Positions 55,802-60,797 of a stretch of 60,797 nucleotides of DNA are shown here, piece by piece. This DNA is from Gammaproteobacteria bacterium (GTDB lineage: Bacteria > Pseudomonadota > Gammaproteobacteria > UBA4575). The stretch covers positions 1 to 60,797 of the forward strand of contig JBGCDX010000039.1 in NCBI GenBank assembly GCA_045105815.1. Direction: 5' to 3'. The notes beneath the pieces were generated by a model. That model was not told where the DNA came from. It saw only the letters and a program-made list of their open reading frames with translations, and did not search any database. A program made the position numbers and the translations under genes. The stretch's first letter is position 1. Each line of letters starts with the position of its first letter.

Positions 55802-57987
55802 TTCTTCATCTCCGTTAAATACTTGATTGCTTCACCTGGTGTACCCACATGAGCGACCATTCCGTTAACCATTACGATTGCCTTATCCGCCAACCGTATA
55901 TGTGAAGGTCGATGACTCACCATTAAAATAGTTTGTTTGCCACGCATTGTTTCTAAATGATCCATCAAATTCTGATCCGTAATTTTATCTAAAGAAGTTC
56001 CTGGCTCATCCATTAAAAATATTGGCGCCTTTCTAACGTAAGAACGCGCTAAGCAAATACCATTGACAAGACCGGAAGGTAATCGAGATGTAGTGTGATC
56101 ACCCACTAAAGTATCAAAGCCTTTAGGAAGATCCTTAATCGCGGGCAATATACCGGCCTGCTCTGCAGCTACAATTAATTGCTTATCTGTTGCAAGCGGT
56201 TGATTTAAACGAATATTCTGCCCGATAGTTCCATAAAATAAGCTTGGCTTTTGAGGCATATACGCAATAACTCGACGTAAGTCAGTAGCATTCATCTGAC
56301 GCACATCAGTATCATCAATGGTTAATGAACCACCCTGAGCGCGATACATTCCTGCCACCAGCTTTAACACAGTAGATTTACCCGAACCATTGCCACCAAC
56401 TATGGCAACAAAATCACCTGGGTTGATTGCAAAAGTAGCGCCCACCAAAGCTGGGTCTTCATTCGGGGCATACCTGAAAGTAACGCGATCAAAGTTAATT
56501 TGGCCAGTGATTTTCGGCATAATCAAACCAGCTTTGTAGCTATTAGGTTCAGAAGGGACACGCATTAATTGATTCAATTGTTGAACGCTTTGTTTAATTT
56601 GATCGATTTGCAACATTGCCAAACAGACACCTTGCAATGGTGATAATACCCTCCAAATTAAAGCCATTACTGCAATAAGAGCACCAATCGTCATATCACC
56701 ATTCATAACTTTCAAAGTACCAAGTGCTAATACACATATACCAGCAATCGTCATTAGAGATTGAGCAACACTATTAATTAATGCATGGCTAGTTGAAGTC
56801 TTAAACGTCCGCGTCATCGCTTCACCAGATGCTTCTCGATATAATTCTTTCCAAGCACCTTCAGCTCCCAAAGCTTTAAGTTCACGCAATCCAGAAAATG
56901 TTTCCATTAACATTCGTTGTCTAGCTGAACGTGCATGACCTGCATGAACTAACTTTTTATTTAAACTAGGAAACCATAGCCATCCAAAAATTGTATATAT
57001 TCCTATCATCGCCACTGGCACTAGTGCAATACTTCCACCTAAGATTGTAAGCAAAACAATAAATAACAACACAAATGGCAGTTCCAAGAATAAAGTCGCA
57101 CTTGGACCTGAAAAGAAATCTCTAATCGATTCAAACTGTCGTAAACGAGATAACTGAGAAATAACAGTTGAACGCTCTGTTAGCGTAGGTGGTAATGACA
57201 TTATTTTTTTAAATGTCTCAACACCAATTATATAGTCCAATCGACCCGCTAATAGCCCTAATGTTTTTGACCTAACTAACCTAAATATTAACTCACAAGC
57301 AAGTGCTACAGAAATGCCTACCATAAGAAAAGGAATACTATGCGTTGATCTTGCACCAATTACATTATCGTACACAACCATTATAAAAAGTGGCACAAAC
57401 ATAGCGATAATATTTAACATAAATGTCATCGCTACTAAATGCTTTAATAGCTTACGAAATCTTTTTAGTACCTGAGAAAACCATTGCTCACTAGATTGCT
57501 CCAACCCAGTCATCGCATGCGTTGGATGCATATCAGTAAAGTAATATGCAGTGCCTTTTTCTTTTAGAATATTATCTGTAAAATACTTATTTTTATGTGC
57601 ATCAAAATAAGTAGCTGAATCCTCAGATTTTTCTTTTATTACATATACACCACCAGCATCTGACTCAAACAAACAAGGCAAAAGTGTTGGGCATATTTTC
57701 CCTATCGATGTACTTTTTTCATCACTTTCATAACCCAATGTTACTAACATGTTTCTCAAATCAACCAAATCAATTTGATTGGAAAAATGTGGGATCGATT
57801 CAATCAATTCTCGTTTATATGAGCGCCACCCTAACTCAGTAAGAATTGGCATTATGCAAGCAGCATAAGGTGAAAGCTCTGCTATTTTAGAGTACGTTTT
57901 ATTTCTAATAGCATTAGACAATCGCTCAGACATTGGCAAGCGTTCATCATCAGTTAATTTTTTAATATCTTCTATGGTTACACTCAT
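55798..57987 (-). CDS. T1SS ABC transporter with N-terminal C39-like domain; degenerate signature motif (LPSGL)
   Basis: 729 aa. Roughly 150-aa N-terminal domain, six-TM region, Walker A GGNGSGKST, Walker B IFLMDEPGTSLD, H-loop VSHRPS. LPSGLVNG replaces LSGGQRQ. Confidence 0.88.
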   Translation of the reverse strand: MSVTIEDIKKLTDDERLPMSERLSNAIRNKTYSKIAELSPYAACIMPILTELGWRSYKRELIESIPHFSNQIDLVDLRNMLVTLGYESDEKSTSIGKICPTLLPCLFESDAGGVYVIKEKSEDSATYFDAHKNKYFTDNILKEKGTAYYFTDMHPTHAMTGLEQSSEQWFSQVLKRFRKLLKHLVAMTFMLNIIAMFVPLFIMVVYDNVIGARSTHSIPFLMVGISVALACELIFRLVRSKTLGLLAGRLDYIIGVETFKKIMSLPPTLTERSTVISQLSRLRQFESIRDFFSGPSATLFLELPFVLLFIVLLTILGGSIALVPVAMIGIYTIFGWLWFPSLNKKLVHAGHARSARQRMLMETFSGLRELKALGAEGAWKELYREASGEAMTRTFKTSTSHALINSVAQSLMTIAGICVLALGTLKVMNGDMTIGALIAVMALIWRVLSPLQGVCLAMLQIDQIKQSVQQLNQLMRVPSEPNSYKAGLIMPKITGQINFDRVTFRYAPNEDPALVGATFAINPGDFVAIVGGNGSGKSTVLKLVAGMYRAQGGSLTIDDTDVRQMNATDLRRVIAYMPQKPSLFYGTIGQNIRLNQPLATDKQLIVAAEQAGILPAIKDLPKGFDTLVGDHTTSRLPSGLVNGICLARSYVRKAPIFLMDEPGTSLDKITDQNLMDHLETMRGKQTILMVSHRPSHIRLADKAIVMVNGMVAHVGTPGEAIKYLTEMKK

Positions 57988-57995
57988 TTTCTAAC

Positions 57996-59750
57996 CTATT
58001 CGTTTATTGCTTGGTTAGCATTTAACGTAGGAGCATCTTTTTTATTTGGTTTGAACTGGATTTTTTCAAGCTTCCCATCACCTAATTTAAAATGTCTATC
58101 ACAAATATTTAATAGCGATGGCCGATGAGAAATAATTACCATCGTTAATCCATTACGGTTTTCTTGCAAATAATTCTGTAAACGTGCTTCATTACCAAAA
58201 TCTAAACATGAATTTGCATCATCAAATAAAACGATTTTTGGATGACCATAAGAAACATCACCAATCATTGATCGCACTAAAATTATCTGCTGTCGAACAC
58301 CTGCAGGTATTGCATCAACATTAGCACCACCAATCCTTGTATCTAATCCATTAGGAAGTTTTGTAATCGCTTTTGTTAACCCAAATATTTCAGCGAGCTC
58401 AATAGCTTGATCTACCGCATAGCCTTCCCTAAACAATGTTAAGTTATCAAGTATAGTGCCGTCATAAATTGTGCCTTGTTGTGGCATTAAGGCTATCTGC
58501 GCACGCACAGATGAACCATCTAATGTTTGTATGCCTTTTCCATTCAGCATTACTTGGCCTTGCGTTGGATTAACAAAGCCCATAATTAGATTTATCAATG
58601 TCGTTTTACCAACACCATTTGCACCCATTATTCCTATTGCTTCACCTGGCTTAATATGAATAGAAACACCTGAAAGCAATTCAATATTGCTACCTTCATG
58701 TTGGAAATGCACATCATCAAGCTCAATCTCACCATTTAGTGTAATTGGTTGAGAGTTTTCTTTTAAGGCTTCATGAGGTAATGTCAATATATCATTAACT
58801 TTATCACCTGCAATATGCACCGCTTGAAGTTGAGTCCATAAACCCATGGCCTTTAATGCAGGTTGCAACACTCTCCCTGAAAGCATAGTGCCTGCAGCTA
58901 ATGCACCTATAGTTAACTCACCTGAAACAACAAATATACTTCCAATACCTACAAAACTAATCATTACTACTTGTGAAAAAGTTGCGCCTAGACCAGACAC
59001 CAAGCTATTTATTCTACTTACTTCATAAACACTTGCTGCAGATTGAGCTTGCAATCTTTCGTATCTACGAAGCATGAGCGCTTCCATTGCCATGGCTTTA
59101 ACTGTATGAATACCTTGCAAGGTTTCTATTAAAAAATTTTGTCTTCGCTCATCAGCAGATGATCTCTGCTCTAAAGCAATTTTTAATTTTTTACCAGTGA
59201 AATATGAGACAACAATAAAAATTGCGATTATTGTCACAGGAATTAATACCATTTTTCCTGAAAATAAAAATATCAAGCTTAAAAATATCAACACAAACGG
59301 AAGGTCAACTAACATTAGAATACTTTGACCTGAGTAAAACTCACGAACCTTCTTTAATCCTTCCATCTTATCTAAGTAAGATCCTATGGAGTTACTTTCA
59401 AACTTAACTAAATCAGCATGTACCACTCTGTCTATCGAGTGAATACTTTCGGTATGTTCATACTGCACACCTTTCCAAGTCAAAATTGCTGATCGAGCAA
59501 CACGTAAAACACCATCTAAAACTGCGGCTACTAGTAATCCAAACACTAATAACGAAAAGGTATCTGTCGCTTGATTAGGCAAAATACGATCGTACACTTG
59601 CAAAATAACCAGCGGCAATGCAAGTGTCGTAAGGTTAATAAACAATGACGCAAGTAAAACGTCCCAACGCTTCCAAGCTGTTGGTACTTTATGGTTATTT
59701 TCGTTTGAATCATTAACAGAAGTGTTTTCTGAAATAGATAATTGATCCAT
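57996..59750 (-). CDS. second T1SS-type ABC transporter without N-terminal domain; degenerate signature (IPAGV) and Walker B (DD)
   Basis: 584 aa. Walker A GANGVGKTT, IPAGVRQQ in place of LSGGQRQR, IVLFDDANSCLD in place of hhhhDE, H-loop ISHRPS. Confidence 0.88.
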   Translation of the reverse strand: MDQLSISENTSVNDSNENNHKVPTAWKRWDVLLASLFINLTTLALPLVILQVYDRILPNQATDTFSLLVFGLLVAAVLDGVLRVARSAILTWKGVQYEHTESIHSIDRVVHADLVKFESNSIGSYLDKMEGLKKVREFYSGQSILMLVDLPFVLIFLSLIFLFSGKMVLIPVTIIAIFIVVSYFTGKKLKIALEQRSSADERRQNFLIETLQGIHTVKAMAMEALMLRRYERLQAQSAASVYEVSRINSLVSGLGATFSQVVMISFVGIGSIFVVSGELTIGALAAGTMLSGRVLQPALKAMGLWTQLQAVHIAGDKVNDILTLPHEALKENSQPITLNGEIELDDVHFQHEGSNIELLSGVSIHIKPGEAIGIMGANGVGKTTLINLIMGFVNPTQGQVMLNGKGIQTLDGSSVRAQIALMPQQGTIYDGTILDNLTLFREGYAVDQAIELAEIFGLTKAITKLPNGLDTRIGGANVDAIPAGVRQQIILVRSMIGDVSYGHPKIVLFDDANSCLDFGNEARLQNYLQENRNGLTMVIISHRPSLLNICDRHFKLGDGKLEKIQFKPNKKDAPTLNANQAINE

Positions 59751-59790
59751 TCTTACTTTCTAGCTCCCTAATAAATACTCATACGCATAC

Positions 59791-59817
59791 AGCTCATCAC
59801 AACCTTGTGAATGAGCT
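59791..59817 (-). promoter_or_regulatory. stem-loop in the RTX-ABC intergenic region / 5' leader of the ABC genes
   Basis: AGCTCATCACAA-cc-TTGTGAATGAGCT: a 12-bp stem with one bulged A and no adjacent U-tract. Confidence 0.4.
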
Positions 59818-59838
59818 TGTATATAAATCTATGAATAT

Positions 59839-59865
59839 GTAACGGCTAAAGAATGAAACTCTTTA
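59839..59865 (-). promoter_or_regulatory. sigma-28-type promoter in front of the T1SS ABC genes
   Basis: Minus strand reads TAAA-GAGTTTCATTCTTTA-GCCGTTAC (N15). The -10 octamer is identical to the motA candidate. About 90 nt upstream of the ATG at 59750. Confidence 0.45.
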
Positions 59866-59948
59866 GAAATCAGTTGCTTGCTAGAATTGACTGATAAAAC
59901 CAACTTTTTTAAAGACAAAGGGCATTGATTCAAATTGCAATGTTAAAA

Positions 59949-60797
59949 CTACCACTGTATTTGCTCAACCCCATCAAATACTACCTCTGTACCATCTGCA
60001 AATGAAATCACACCAGATGCATCTGTACCCATATCAAGACCACCATCTTCCATACTAAACTCAACGCTTTCACCATTTACTTCGATACTCCATGGGTTAT
60101 TTTCATCTCCCGCTTCTTTCGATGAAACATCAATTTGTAAAACATCTGTCCAACCTTCACCTGTACCGCCGTGAATTACATCATTACCATCAAGTGAATC
60201 TAGCAAAAACAAATCACTACCATCACCACCGTAAGCATTGTCGTTACCTTCGCCAATAACAATTATATCATCACCACTTTCACCATATAAACGATCATCA
60301 CCATCACCACCAATTAATTTGTCATCACCATCTTGGCCATATAAATGATCGTTACCATCACCGCCTTCGATGACATCGTTTCCAGCACCACCACCTAAAT
60401 TATCATTGTGATCACTACCTATGATTTCATCATCACCACCTTTAGTACGCACAACAACTTGCTCATCGGAAGTACTCGCATCAATCTTATGATCCGCATC
60501 AGTTTGTGCATAAACACTTTCTACATTCGCCTCACCCATATTAAGTGAGATGTCTTCTTCACCGTAGGTGTACACACGATCAGAACCTTCACCACCATCT
60601 ATCTTGTCTTGTCCGTCGGTATAGATGTAATCGTTACCGGCACCGCCACTAATATCATCGGTGCCACCTTTGTGACTATAAATGCGATCATCACCGTCAC
60701 CGCCATCTAATTTATTTTCACCTTCACCGCCTGAGATGCTGTCGTTTTGATCAGATCCCACAACGTTGTCATCACCACCACGCATGCTTACCGTTAC
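59949..60797 (-). CDS. RTX (GGxGxD nonapeptide repeat) calcium-binding secreted protein, C-terminal part (gene continues past right edge)
   Basis: The frame is open to the window edge (VTVSMRGGDD...). Many GGxGxDxUx repeats (GGEGENKLDGGDGDDRIY, GGAGNDVIEGGDGNDHLYGQDGDDKLIGGDGDDRLYG). Acidic non-repeat C-terminus consistent with a T1SS signal. Confidence 0.88.
   Translation of the reverse strand, partial: VTVSMRGGDDNVVGSDQNDSISGGEGENKLDGGDGDDRIYSHKGGTDDISGGAGNDYIYTDGQDKIDGGEGSDRVYTYGEEDISLNMGEANVESVYAQTDADHKIDASTSDEQVVVRTKGGDDEIIGSDHNDNLGGGAGNDVIEGGDGNDHLYGQDGDDKLIGGDGDDRLYGESGDDIIVIGEGNDNAYGGDGSDLFLLDSLDGNDVIHGGTGEGWTDVLQIDVSSKEAGDENNPWSIEVNGESVEFSMEDGGLDMGTDASGVISFADGTEVVFDGVEQIQW

Noticed and set aside
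1-60797. Scan for tRNA/rRNA genes, CRISPR arrays, IS elements, integrases, toxin-antitoxin pairs or defence systems.
   Set aside because: None was seen. All non-coding gaps are 413 bp or shorter, are AT-rich and lack tRNA-like GC-rich stems or spaced repeats. No ORF resembles a transposase, integrase or nuclease.

Overview
AT-rich window, by eye from a gammaproteobacterium. It is dominated by one contiguous polar-flagellum regulon (about 3.8-49.8 kb): 41 flagellar genes plus a PomAB/MotAB-type stator. The regulatory layout is the Pseudomonas/Vibrio/Legionella type: FleQ-like sigma-54 activator, FleS/FleR two-component pair, FlhF/FlhG, FliA. Transcription order on the minus strand is flgBCDEFGHIJKL, fliC-flaG-fliD-fliS-(fliT-like), fleQ, fleSR-fliEFGHIJ, fliK, fliLMNOPQR-flhBA-flhFG-fliA-DUF2802. 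flgA-flgM-flgN run divergently on the plus strand. No che genes follow fliA. Both flanks of the locus carry c-di-GMP signalling genes. On the left are an HDOD protein (partial) and a PAS-GGDEF-EAL protein. On the right are a degenerate GGDEF with an intact I-site, a GGEEF cyclase co-oriented with an FMN glutamate-synthase-family enzyme, and a PilZ protein 18 nt downstream of motB. The right end holds an orphan CheY-like receiver, an SBP/PAS-GAF histidine kinase/receiver trio, and a type I secretion locus (two tandem ABC genes, a HlyD-type gene and a partial RTX-repeat substrate gene). By eye I found five sigma-54 promoters (TGGCA-N-TTGCA, correct GG/GC spacing) and eight sigma-28 promoters (TAAA-N15-GCCGATAA type). 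Five of the sigma-28 sites precede non-structural genes: the GGDEF-EAL gene, the FMN-enzyme/cyclase pair, the stator-PilZ operon, the CheY-like gene and the T1SS ABC genes. A sixth precedes a small Cys-rich ORF. The best candidate for something undescribed is therefore a FliA-wired c-di-GMP writer/eraser/reader circuit attached to the stator. It may also extend to an atypical two-ABC T1SS. I saw no tRNA, rRNA, CRISPR array, IS element or prophage. All family calls rest on motif recognition and gene order because no homology search could be run. Promoter and terminator calls are consensus matches read by eye.
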